A stretch of 64,000 bases of DNA from the human T2T-CHM13v2.0 reference genome, Homo sapiens, in the NCBI GenBank assembly GCA_009914755.4, contig CP068257.2:11232001-11296000 (forward strand), read 5' to 3'. Positions 11,801 through 24,200 of this stretch are shown piece after piece. Positions within the stretch are counted from its first letter, which is position 1. The number at the start of each line of letters is the position of its first letter. Made by a program: the position numbers and the translations under genes. Below the pieces are notes generated by a model that was not told the DNA's origin, made no database searches, and saw nothing but the letters and a program-made list of their open reading frames with translations.

Positions 11801-14800
11801 TTGGAAGACGTTTCCTTTTCACCAAAGGCATCAAAGCGCTCCAAATGTCCACTTCCAGATTCTTCCAAAAGAGTGTTTCAAACGTGCTCAAAGTAAGGGA
11901 ATGTTCAACTCTGTGACTTGAATGCAGATATCACCAAGTAGTTTCTAATAGTGCTTCTGTCTACATTTTAGATGATGATATTCCCGTTTCCAACGAAATC
12001 GTTAGAGCTATCCAAATATCCAGTTACAGTTTCTACCAAAAGGGTGTTTCCAAATTGCTGCATCAAAAGAAAGGTTCAACTCTGTTAGTTGAGGACACAC
12101 ATCACAAAGAAGTTTGTGAGAATGCTTCTGTCTAGATTTTGTATGACGATATTCCCTTTTCCAACGATATCGTTAAAGCAATCTAAATATCAATTTGCAG
12201 AATCCACAAAAATAGAGTTTCAAAGCTGCTCTGTAAAAAGAAAGGTTCCACTCTGTTAGCTGAGTACACACATCACAAACTTGTTTCTGAGAATCCTTCT
12301 GTCTCGTTTTTATGGGAAGATATTTACTTTTCCACCGTAGGCATCAAAGCGCTCCAAATGTCCACATCCAGATACTCCAGAAAGAGTGTTTCAAACCTGC
12401 TCTATGAAAGGGAATCTTCAACTCTATGAGTTGAATGCAGACATCAGAAAGAAATTTCTGAGAATGCTGCTGTCTACCTTTTATTTGAATTCCCGCTTCC
12501 AACGAAATCCTCCAAGCTATCCAAATATCCACTTGCATTTTCCACAAAAAGAGTGTTTCAAAACTGCTCTATCAATAGAAATGTTCAACTCCTTTGGCTG
12601 GGTACACACATCACAAACAAGTTTCTGAGAATGCTTCTGTCTAGTTTTTATGGGAAGACGTTCCCTTTTTCACCAAAGGCATCAAAGCGCTCCAAATGTC
12701 CACTTCCAGACACTACAAAAAGAGTGTTTCCAACGTGCTCTAAGAAAGCGAATGTTCAACTCTGTGACTTGAATGCAGATATCACAAAGTAGTTTCTGAG
12801 AGGGCTTCTGTCTAGATTTTAGATGATGATATTCCCGTTTCCAACGAAATCATTAGAGCTATCCAAATATCCACTTACAGTTTCTACAAAAAGAGTGTTT
12901 CCAAACTGCTGCATCAAAAGAGAGGTTCCACTCTGTTAGCTGAGTACACACATCACAAACTTGTTTCTCAGAATCCTTCTGTCTCGTTTTTATGGGAAGA
13001 TATTTACTTTTCCACCGTAGGCATCAAAGCGCTCCAAATGTCCACATCCAGATACTCCAGAAAGAGTGTTTCAAACCTGCTCTATGAAAGGGAATGTTCA
13101 ACTCTATGAGTTGAATGCAGACATCAGAAAGAAATTTCTGAGAATGCTGCTGTCTACCTTTTATTTGAATTCCCGCTTCCAACGAAATCCTCCAAGCTAT
13201 CCAAATATCCACTTGCAGATTCCACAAAAAGAGTGTTTCAAAACTGCTCTCTATCAATGGCAAAGTTCAACTCTGTTAGTTGAGGACACATATCACCAAC
13301 AAGTTTCTGAGAATGCTTCTGTCTATTTTTTATGGGAAGATATTTCCTTTTTCACCGTAGGCGTCAAGGCGATCGAAATGTCCACTTCCACAAACTACAA
13401 AAAGAGTGTTTCAAACCTGCTCTATGAAAGGCCATGTTCATCTCTATGAGTTGAATGGAAATATCCGAAAGAAATTTCTGGGAATGCTGCTGTCTAGTGT
13501 TTATACGAATTCCCGCTTCCAACGAAATCCTCAAAGCAATCCAAATATCCACTTGCAGAATCCACAAAAAGAGTGTTTCAAAACTGCTCTATCAATAGAA
13601 AGGTTCAACTCTTTTAGTTGAGTACACACATCACGAACAAGTTTCTGAGAATGCTTCTGTCTGGCTTTTATTGGAAGACGTTTCCTTTTCACCAAAGGCA
13701 TCAAAGCGCTCCAAATGTCCACTTCCAGATTCTTCCAAAAGAGTGTTTCAAACGTGCTCAAAGTAAGGGAATGTTCAACTCTGTGACTTGAATGCAGATA
13801 TCACCAAGTAGTTTCTAATAGTGCTTCTGTCTACATTTTAGATGATGATATTCCCGTTTCCAACGAAATCGTTAGAGCTATCCAAATATCCAGTTACAGT
13901 TTCTACCAAAAGGGTGTTTCCAAATTGCTGCATCAAAAGAAAGGTTCAACTCTGTTAGTTGAGGACACACATCACAAAGAAGTTTGTGAGAATGCTTCTG
14001 TCTAGATTTTGTATGACGATATTCCCTTTTCCAACGATATCGTTAAAGCAATCTAAATATCAATTTGCAGAATCCACAAAAATAGAGTTTCAAAGCTGCT
14101 CTGTAAAAAGAAAGGTTCCACTCTTTTAGCTGAGTACACACATCACAAACTTGTTTCTGAGAATCCTTCTGTCTCGTTTTTATGGGAAGATATTTACTTT
14201 TCCACCGTAGGCACCAAAGCGCTCCAAATGTCCACATCCAGATACTCCAGAAAGAGTGTTTCAAACCTGCTCTATGAAAGGGAATCTTCAACTCTATGAG
14301 TTGAATGCAGACATCAGAAAGAAATTTCTGAGAATGCTGCTGTCTACCTTTTATTTGAATTCCCGCTTCCAACGAAATCCTCCAAGGTATCCAAATATCC
14401 ACTTGCATTTTCCACAACAAGAGTGTTTCAAAACTGCTCTATCAATAGAAATGTTCAACTCCTTTGGCTGGGTACACACATCACAAACAAGTTTCTGAGA
14501 ATGCTTCTGTCTAGTTTTTATGGGAAGACATTCCCTTTTTCACCAAAGGCATCAAAGCGCTCCAAATGTCCACTTCCAGACACTACAAAAAGAGTGTTTC
14601 CAACGTGCTCTAAGAAAGCGAATGTTCAACTCTGTGACTTGAATGCAGATATCACAAAGTAGTTTCTGAAAGTGCTTCTGTCTAGATTTTAGATGATGAT
14701 ATTCCCGTTTCCAACGAAATCATTAGAGCTATCCAAATATCCACTTACAGTTTCTACAAAAAGAGTGTTTCCAAACTGCTGCATCAAAAGAGAGGTTCCA

Positions 14801-15649
14801 CTCTGTTAGCTGAGTACACACATCACAAACTTGTTTCTCAGAATCCTTCTGTCTCGTTTTTATGGGAAGATATTTACTTTTTCACCGTAGGCATCAAAGC
14901 GCTCCAAATGTCCACATCCAGATACTCCAGAAAGAGTGTTTCAAACCTGCTCTATGAAAGGGAATCTTCAACTCTATGAGTTGAATGCAGACATCAGAAA
15001 GAAATTTCTGAGAATGCTGCTGTCTACCTTTTATTTGAATTCCCGCTTCCAACGAAATCCTCCAAGCTATCCAAATATCCACTTGCAGATTCCACAAAAA
15101 GAGTGTTTCAAAACTGCTCTCTATCAATGGCAAAGTTCAACTCTGTTAGTTGAGGACACATATCACCAACAAGTTTCTGAGAATGCTTCTGTCTATTTTT
15201 TATGGGAAGATATTTCCTTTTTCACCGTAGGCGTCAAGGCGATCGAAATGTCCACTTCCACAAACTACAAAAAGAGTGTTTCAAACCTGCTCTATGAAAG
15301 GCCATGTTCATCTCTATGAGTTGAATGGAAATATCCGAAAGAAATTTCTGGGAATGCTGCTGTCTAGTGTTTATACGAATTCCCGCTTCCAACGAAATCC
15401 TCAAAGCAATCCAAATATCCACTTGCAGAATCCACAAAAAGAGTGTTTCAAAACTGCTCTATCAATAGAAAGGTTCAACTCTTTTAGTTGAGTACACACA
15501 TCACGAACAAGTTTCTGAGAATGCTTCTGTCTGGCTTTTATTGGAAGACGTTTCCTTTTCACCAAAGGCATCAAAGCGCTCCAAATGTCCACTTCCAGAT
15601 TCTTCCAAAAGAGTGTTTCAAACGTGCTCAAAGTAAGGGAATGTTCAAC

Positions 15650-18600
15650 TCTGTGACTTGAATGCAGATATCACCAAGTAGTTTCTAATAGTGCTTCTGT
15701 CTAGATTTTAGATGATGATATTCCCGTTTCCAACGAAATCGCTAGAGCTATCCAAATATCCAGTTACAGTTTCTACCAAAAGGGTGTTTCCAAATTGCTG
15801 CATCAAAAGAAAGGTTCAACTCTGTTAGTTGAGGACACACATCACAAAGAAGTTTGTGAGAATGCTTCTGTCTAGATTTTGTATGACGATATTCCCTTTT
15901 CCAACGATATCGTTAAAGCAATCTAAATATCAATTTGCAGAATCCACAAAAATAGAGTTTCAAAGCTGCTCTGTAAAAAGAAAGGTTCCACTCTGTTAGC
16001 TGAGTACACACATCACAAACTTGTTTCTGAGAATCCTTCTGTCTCGTTTTTATGGGAAGATATTTACTTTTCCACCGTAGGCATCAAAGCGCTCCAAATG
16101 TCCACATCCAGATACTCCAGAAAGAGTGTTTCAAACCTGCTCTATGAAAGGGAATCTTCAACTCTATGAGTTGAATGCAGACATCAGAAAGAAATTTCTG
16201 AGAATGCTGCTGTCTACCTTTCATTTGAATTCCCGCTTCCAACGAAATCCTCCAAGCTATCCAAATATCCACCTGCATTTTCCACAACAAGAGTGTTTCA
16301 AAACTGCTCTATCAATAGAAATGTTCAACTCCTTTGGCTGGGTACACACATCACAAACAAGTTTCTGAGAATGCTTCTGTCTAGTTTTTATGGGAAGACG
16401 TTCCCTTTTTCACCAAAGGCATCAAAGCGCTCCAAATGTCCACTTCCAGACACTACAAAAAGAGTGTTTCCAACGTGCTCTAAGAAAGCGAATGTTCAAC
16501 TCTGTGACTTGAATGCAGATATCACAAAGTAGTTTCTGAGAGGGCTTCTGTCTAGATTTTAGATGATGATATTCCCGTTTCCAACGAAATCATTAGAGCT
16601 ATCCAAATATCCACTTACAGTTTCTACAAAAAGAGTGTTTCCAAACTGCTGCATCAAAAGAGAGGTTCCACTCTGTTAGCTGAGTACACACATCACAAAC
16701 TTGTTTCTCAGAATCCTTCTGTCTCGTTTTTATGGGAAGATATTTACTTTTTCACCGTAGGCATCAAAGCGCTCCAAATGTCCACATCCAGATACTCCAG
16801 AAAGAGTGTTTCAAACCTGCTCTATGAAAGGGAATGTTCAACTCTATGAGTTGAATGCAGACATCAGAAAGAAATTTCTGAGAATGCTGCTGTCTACCTT
16901 TTATTTGAATTCCCGCTTCCAACGAAATCCTCCAAGCTATCCAAATATCCACTTGCAGATTCCACAAAAAGAGTGTTTCAAAACTGCTCTCTATCAATGG
17001 CAAAGTTCAACTCTGTTAGTTGAGGACACATATCACCAACAAGTTTCTGAGAATGCTTCTGTCTATTTTTTAAGGGAAGATATTCCCTTTTTCACCGTAG
17101 GCGTCAAGGCGATCGAAATGTCCACTTTCACAAACTACAAAAAGAGTGTTTCAAACCTGCTCTATGAAAGGCCATGTTCATCTCTATGAGTTGAATGGAT
17201 ATATCCGAAAGAAATTTCTGGGAATGCTGCTGTCTAGTGTTTATACGAATTCCCGATTCCAACGAAATCCTCAAAGCAATCCAAATATCCACTTGCAGAA
17301 TCCACAAAAAGAGTGTTTCAAAACTGCTCTATCAATAGAAATGTTCAACTCTTTTAGTTGAGTACACACATCACGAACAAGTTTCTGAGAATGCTTCTGT
17401 CTGGCTTTTATTGGAAGACGTTTCCTTTTCACCAAAGGCATCAAAGCGCTCCATATGTCCACTTCCAGATTCTTCCAAAAGACTGTTTCAAACGTGCTCA
17501 AAGTAAGGGAATGTTCAACTCTGTGACTTGAATGCAGATATCACCAAGTAGTTTCTAATAGTGCTTCTGTCTAGATTTTAGATGATGATATTCCCGTTTC
17601 CAACGAAATCGTTAGAGCTATCCAAATATCCAGTTACAGTTTCTACCAAAAGGGTGTTTCCAAATTGCTGCATCAAAAGAAAGGTTCAACTCTGTTAGTT
17701 GAGGACACACATCACAAAGAAGTTTGTGAGAATGCTTCTGTCTAGATTTTGTATGACGATATTCCCTTTTCCAACGATATCGTTAAAGCAATCTAAATAT
17801 CAATTTGCAGAATCCACAAAAATAGAGTTTCAAAGCTGCTCTGTAAAAAGAAAGGTTCCACTCTGTTAGCTGAGTACACACATCACAAACTTGTTTCTGA
17901 GAATCCTTCTGTCTCGTTTTTATGGGAAGATATTTACTTTTCCACCGTAGGCATCAAAGCGCTCCAAATGTCCACATCCAGATACTCCAGAAAGAGTGTT
18001 TCAAACCTGCTCTATGAAAGGGAATCTTCAACTCTATGAGTTGAATGCAGACATCAGAAAGAAATTTCTGAGAATGCTGCTGTCTACCTTTTATTTGAAT
18101 TCCCGCTTCCAACGAAATCCTCCAAGCTATCCAAATATCCACCTGCATTTTCCACAAAAAGAGTGTTTCAAAACTGCTCTATCAATAGAAATGTTCAACT
18201 CCTTTGGCTGGGTACACACATCACAAACAAGTTTCTGAGAATGCTTCTGTCTAGTTTTTATGGGAAGACGTTCCCTTTTTCACCAAAGGCATCAAAGCGC
18301 TCCAAATGTCCACTTCCAGACACTACAAAAAGAGTGTTTCAAACGTGCTCTAAGAAAGCGAATGTTCAACTCTGTGACTTGAATGCAGATATCACAAAGT
18401 AGTTTCTGAGAGGGCTTCTGTCTAGATTTTAGATGATGATATTCCCGTTTCCAACGAAATCATTAGAGCTATCCAAATATCCACTTACAGTTTCTACAAA
18501 AAGAGTGTTTCCAAACTGCTGCATCAAAAGAGAGGTTCCACTCTGTTAGCTGAGTACACACATCACAAACTTGTTTCTCAGAATCCGTCTGTCTCGTTTT

Positions 18601-21256
18601 TATGGGAAGATATTTACTTTTTCACCGTAGGCATCAAAGCGCTCCAAATGTCCACATCCAGATACTCCAGAAAGAGTGTTTCAAACCTGCTCTATGAAAG
18701 GGAATGTTCAACTCTATGAGTTGAATGCAGACATCAGAAAGAAATTTCTGAGAATGCTGCTGTCTACCTTTTATTTGAATTCCCGCTTCCAACGAAATCC
18801 TCCAAGCTATCCAAATATCCACTTGCAGATTCCACAAAAAGAGTGTTTCAAAACTGCTCTCTATCAATGGCAAAGTTCAACTCTGTTAGTTGAGGACACA
18901 TATCACCAACAAGTTTCTGAGAATGCTTCTGTCTATTTTTTATGGGAAGATATTTCCTTTTTCACCGTAGGCGTCAAGGCGATCGAAATGTCCACTTCCA
19001 CAAACTACAAAAAGAGTGTTTCAAACCTGCTCTATGAAAGGCCATGTTCATCTCTATGAGTTGAATGGAAATATCCGAAAGAAATTTCTGGGAATGCTGC
19101 TGTCTAGTTTTTATATGAATTCCCGCTTCCAACGAAATCCTCAAAGCAATCCAAATATCCACTTGCAGAATCCACAAAAAGAGTGTTTCAAAACTGCTCT
19201 ATCAATAGAAAGGTTCAACTCTTTTAGTTGAGTACACACATCACAAACAAGTTTCTGAGAATGCTTCTGTCTGGCTTTTATTGGAAGACGTTTCCTTTTC
19301 ACCAAAGGCATCAAAGCGCTCCAAATGTCCACTTCCAGATTCTTCCAAAAGAGTGTTTCAAACGTGCTCAAAGTAAGGGAATGTTCAACTCTGTGACTTG
19401 AATGCAGATATCACCAAGTAGCTTCTAATAGTGCTTCTGTCTAGATTTTAGATGATGATATTCCCGTTTCCAACGAAATCGTTAGAGCTATCCAAATATC
19501 CAGTTACAGTTTCTACCAAAAGGGTGTTTCCAAATTGCTGCATCAAAAGAAAGGTTCAACTCTGTTAGTTGAGGACACACATCACAAAGAAGTTTGTGAG
19601 AATGCTTCTGTCTAGATTTTGTATGACGATATTCCCTTTTCCAACGATATCGTTAAAGCAATCTAAATATCAATTTGCAGAATCCACAAAAATAGAGTTT
19701 CAAAGCTGCTCTGTAAAAAGAAAGGTTCCACTCTGTTAGCTGAGTACACACATCACAAACTTGTTTCTGAGAATCCTTCTGTCTCGTTTTTATGGGAAGA
19801 TATTTACTTTTCCACCGTAGGCATCAAAGCGCTCCAAATGTCCACATCCAGATACTCCAGAACGAGTGTTTCAAACCTGCTCTATGAAAGGGAATCTTCA
19901 ACTCTATGAGTTGAATGCAGACATCAGAAAGAAATTTCTGAGAATGCTGCTGTCTACCTTTTATTTGAATTCCCGCTTCCAACGAAATCCTCCAAGCTAT
20001 CCAAATATCCACCTGCATTTTCCACAAAAAGAGTGTTTCAAAACTGCTCTATCAATAGAAATGTTCAACTCCTTTGGCTGGGTACACACATCACAAACAA
20101 GTTTCTGAGAATGCTTCTGTCTAGTTTTTATGGGAAGACGTTCCCTTTTTCACCAAAGGCATCAAAGCGCTCCAAATGTCCACTTCCAGACACTACAAAA
20201 AGAGTGTTTCAAACGTGCTCTAAGAAAGCGAATGTTCAACTCGGTGACTTGAATGCAGATATCACAAAGTAGTTTCTGAGAGGGCTTCTGTCTAGATTTT
20301 AGATGATGATATTCCCGTTTCCAACGAAATCAGAGCTATCCAAATATCCACTTACAGTTTCTACAAAAAGAGTGTTTCCAAACTGCTGCATCAAAAGAGA
20401 GGTTCCACTCTGTTAGCTGAGTACACACATCACAAACTTGTTTCTCAGATTCCTTCTGTCTCGTTTTTATGGGAAGATATTTACTTTTTCACCGTAGGCA
20501 TCAAAGCGCTCCAAATGTCCACATCCAGAAACTCCAGAAAGAGTGTTTCAAACCTGCTCTATGAAAGGGAATGTTCAACTCTATGAGTTGAATGCAGACA
20601 TCAGAAAGAAATTTCTGAGAATGCTGCTGTCTACCTTTTATTTGAATTCCCACTTCCAACGAAATCCTCCAAGCTATCCAAATATCCACTTGCAGATTCC
20701 ACAAAAAGAGTGTTTCAAAACTGCTCTCTATCAATGGCAAAGTTCAACTCTGTTAGTTGAGGACACATATCACCAACAAGTTTCTGAGAATGCTTCTGTC
20801 TATTTTTTATGGGAAGATATTTCCTTTTTCAGCGTAGGCGTCAAGGCGATCAAAATGTCCACTTCCACAAACTACCAAAAGAGTGTTTCAAACCTGCTCT
20901 ATGAAAGGCCATGTTCATCTCTATGAGTTGAATGGAAATATCCGAAAGAAATTTCTGGGAATGCTGCTGTCTAGTTTTTATATGAATTCCCGCTTCCACC
21001 GAAATCCTCAAAGCAATCCAAATATCCACTTGCAGAATCCACAAAAAGAGTGTTTCAAAACTGCGCTATCAATAGAAAGGTTCAACTCTTTTAGTTGAGT
21101 ACACACATCACAAACAAGTTTCTGAGAATGCTTCTGTCTGGCTTTTATTGGAAGACGTTTCCTTTTCACCAAAGGCATCAAAGCGCTCCAAATGTCCACT
21201 TCCAGATTCTTCCAAAAGAGTGTTTCAAACGTGCTCAAAGTAAGGGAATGTTCAAC
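15650..21256 (-). repeat. 5,607-bp super-repeat block (3 HOR units), copy 1 of 2
   Basis: Block-private variants recur exactly 5607 bp downstream. Examples are cgctagagc at 15740, ttttttaaggg at 17070, ggatatatccg at 17210, gctccatatg at 17450, aaagactg at 17480, ccacctgca at 18140, aatccgtctg at 18590, tttttatatg at 19100, gtagcttcta at 19420, cagaacgag at 19862, ctcggtgac at 20240, and the 3-bp deletion cgaaatcagagc at 20330. Confidence 0.85.
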
Positions 21257-24200
21257 TCTGTGACTTGAATGCAGATATCACCAAGTAGTTTCTAATAGTG
21301 CTTCTGTCTAGATTTTAGATGATGATATTCCCGTTTCCAACGAAATCGCTAGAGCTATCCAAATATCCAGTTACAGTTTCTACCAAAAGGGTGTTTCCAA
21401 ATTGCTGCATCAAAAGAAAGGTTCAACTCTGTTAGTTGAGGACACACATCACAAAGAAGTTTGTGAGAATGCTTCTGTCTAGATTTTGTATGACGATATT
21501 CCCTTTTCCAACGATATCGTTAAAGCAATCTAAATATCAATTTGCAGAATCCACAAAAATAGAGTTTCAAAGCTGCTCTGTAAAAAGAAAGGTTCCACTC
21601 TGTTAGCTGAGTACACACATCACAAACTTGTTTCTGAGAATCCTTCTGTCTCGTTTTTATGGGAAGATATTTACTTTTCCACCGTAGGCATCAAAGCGCT
21701 CCAAATGTCCACATCCAGATACTCCAGAAAGAGTGTTTCAAACCTGCTCTATGAAAGGGAATCTTCAACTCTATGAGTTGAATGCAGACATCAGAAAGAA
21801 ATTTCTGAGAATGCTGCTGTCTACCTTTCATTTGAATTCCCGCTTCCAACGAAATCCTCCAAGCTATCCAAATATCCACCTGCATTTTCCACAACAAGAG
21901 TGTTTCAAAACTGCTCTATCAATAGAAATGTTCAACTCCTTTGGCTGGGTACACACATCACAAACAAGTTTCTGAGAATGCTTCTGTCTAGTTTTTATGG
22001 GAAGACGTTCCCTTTTTCACCAAAGGCATCAAAGCGCTCCAAATGTCCACTTCCAGACACTACAAAAAGAGTGTTTCCAACGTGCTCTAAGAAAGCGAAT
22101 GTTCAACTCTGTGACTTGAATGCAGATATCACAAAGTAGTTTCTGAGAGGGCTTCTGTCTAGATTTTAGATGATGATATTCCCGTTTCCAACGAAATCAT
22201 TAGAGCTATCCAAATATCCACTTACAGTTTCTACAAAAAGAGTGTTTCCAAACTGCTGCATCAAAAGAGAGGTTCCACTCTGTTAGCTGAGTACACACAT
22301 CACAAACTTGTTTCTCAGAATCCTTCTGTCTCGTTTTTATGGGAAGATATTTACTTTTTCACCGTAGGCATCAAAGCGCTCCAAATGTCCACATCCAGAT
22401 ACTCCAGAAAGAGTGTTTCAAACCTGCTCTATGAAAGGGAATGTTCAACTCTATGAGTTGAATGCAGACATCAGAAAGAAATTTCTGAGAATGCTGCTGT
22501 CTACCTTTTATTTGAATTCCCGCTTCCAACGAAATCCTCCAAGCTATCCAAATATCCACTTGCAGATTCCACAAAAAGAGTGTTTCAAAACTGCTCTCTA
22601 TCAATGGCAAAGTTCAACTCTGTTAGTTGAGGACACATATCACCAACAAGTTTCTGAGAATGCTTCTGTCTATTTTTTAAGGGAAGATATTCCCTTTTTC
22701 ACCGTAGGCGTCAAGGCGATCGAAATGTCCACTTTCACAAACTACAAAAAGAGTGTTTCAAACCTGCTCTATGAAAGGCCATGTTCATCTCTATGAGTTG
22801 AATGGATATATCCGAAAGAAATTTCTGGGAATGCTGCTGTCTAGTGTTTATACGAATTCCCGATTCCAACGAAATCCTCAAAGCAATCCAAATATCCACT
22901 TGCAGAATCCACAAAAAGAGTGTTTCAAAACTGCTCTATCAATAGAAATGTTCAACTCTTTTAGTTGAGTACACACATCACGAACAAGTTTCTGAGAATG
23001 CTTCTGTCTGGCTTTTATTGGAAGACGTTTCCTTTTCACCAAAGGCATCAAAGCGCTCCATATGTCCACTTCCAGATTCTTCCAAAAGACTGTTTCAAAC
23101 GTGCTCAAAGTAAGGGAATGTTCAACTCTGTGACTTGAATGCAGATATCACCAAGTAGTTTCTAATAGTGCTTCTGTCTAGATTTTAGATGATGATATTC
23201 CCGTTTCCAACGAAATCGTTAGAGCTATCCAAATATCCAGTTACAGTTTCTACCAAAAGGGTGTTTCCAAATTGCTGCATCAAAAGAAAGGTTCAACTCT
23301 GTTAGTTGAGGACACACATCACAAAGAAGTTTGTGAGAATGCTTCTGTCTAGATTTTGTATGACGATATTCCCTTTTCCAACGATATCGTTAAAGCAATC
23401 TAAATATCAATTTGCAGAATCCACAAAAATAGAGTTTCAAAGCTGCTCTGTAAAAAGAAAGGTTCCACTCTGTTAGCTGAGTACACACATCACAAACTTG
23501 TTTCTGAGAATCCTTCTGTCTCGTTTTTATGGGAAGATATTTACTTTTCCACCGTAGGCATCAAAGCGCTCCAAATGTCCACATCCAGATACTCCAGAAA
23601 GAGTGTTTCAAACCTGCTCTATGAAAGGGAATCTTCAACTCTATGAGTTGAATGCAGACATCAGAAAGAAATTTCTGAGAATGCTGCTGTCTACCTTTTA
23701 TTTGAATTCCCGCTTCCAACGAAATCCTCCAAGCTATCCAAATATCCACCTGCATTTTCCACAAAAAGAGTGTTTCAAAACTGCTCTATCAATAGAAATG
23801 TTCAACTCCTTTGGCTGGGTACACACATCACAAACAAGTTTCTGAGAATGCTTCTGTCTAGTTTTTATGGGAAGACGTTCCCTTTTTCACCAAAGGCATC
23901 AAAGCGCTCCAAATGTCCACTTCCAGACACTACAAAAAGAGTGTTTCAAACGTGCTCTAAGAAAGCGAATGTTCAACTCTGTGACTTGAATGCAGATATC
24001 ACAAAGTAGTTTCTGAGAGGGCTTCTGTCTAGATTTTAGATGATGATATTCCCGTTTCCAACGAAATCATTAGAGCTATCCAAATATCCACTTACAGTTT
24101 CTACAAAAAGAGTGTTTCCAAACTGCTGCATCAAAAGAGAGGTTCCACTCTGTTAGCTGAGTACACACATCACAAACTTGTTTCTCAGAATCCGTCTGTC

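Larger units (their letters stand above)
1..14100 (-). repeat. About 7.5 consecutive HOR copies that appear base-for-base identical
   Basis: All six-frame ORF translations are identical between copies at 1870-bp offsets. Line-by-line comparison of several segments shows no differences. The first private variants appear at about 14124 (ctcttttagc) and 14213 (gcaccaaagc). Confidence 0.8.
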
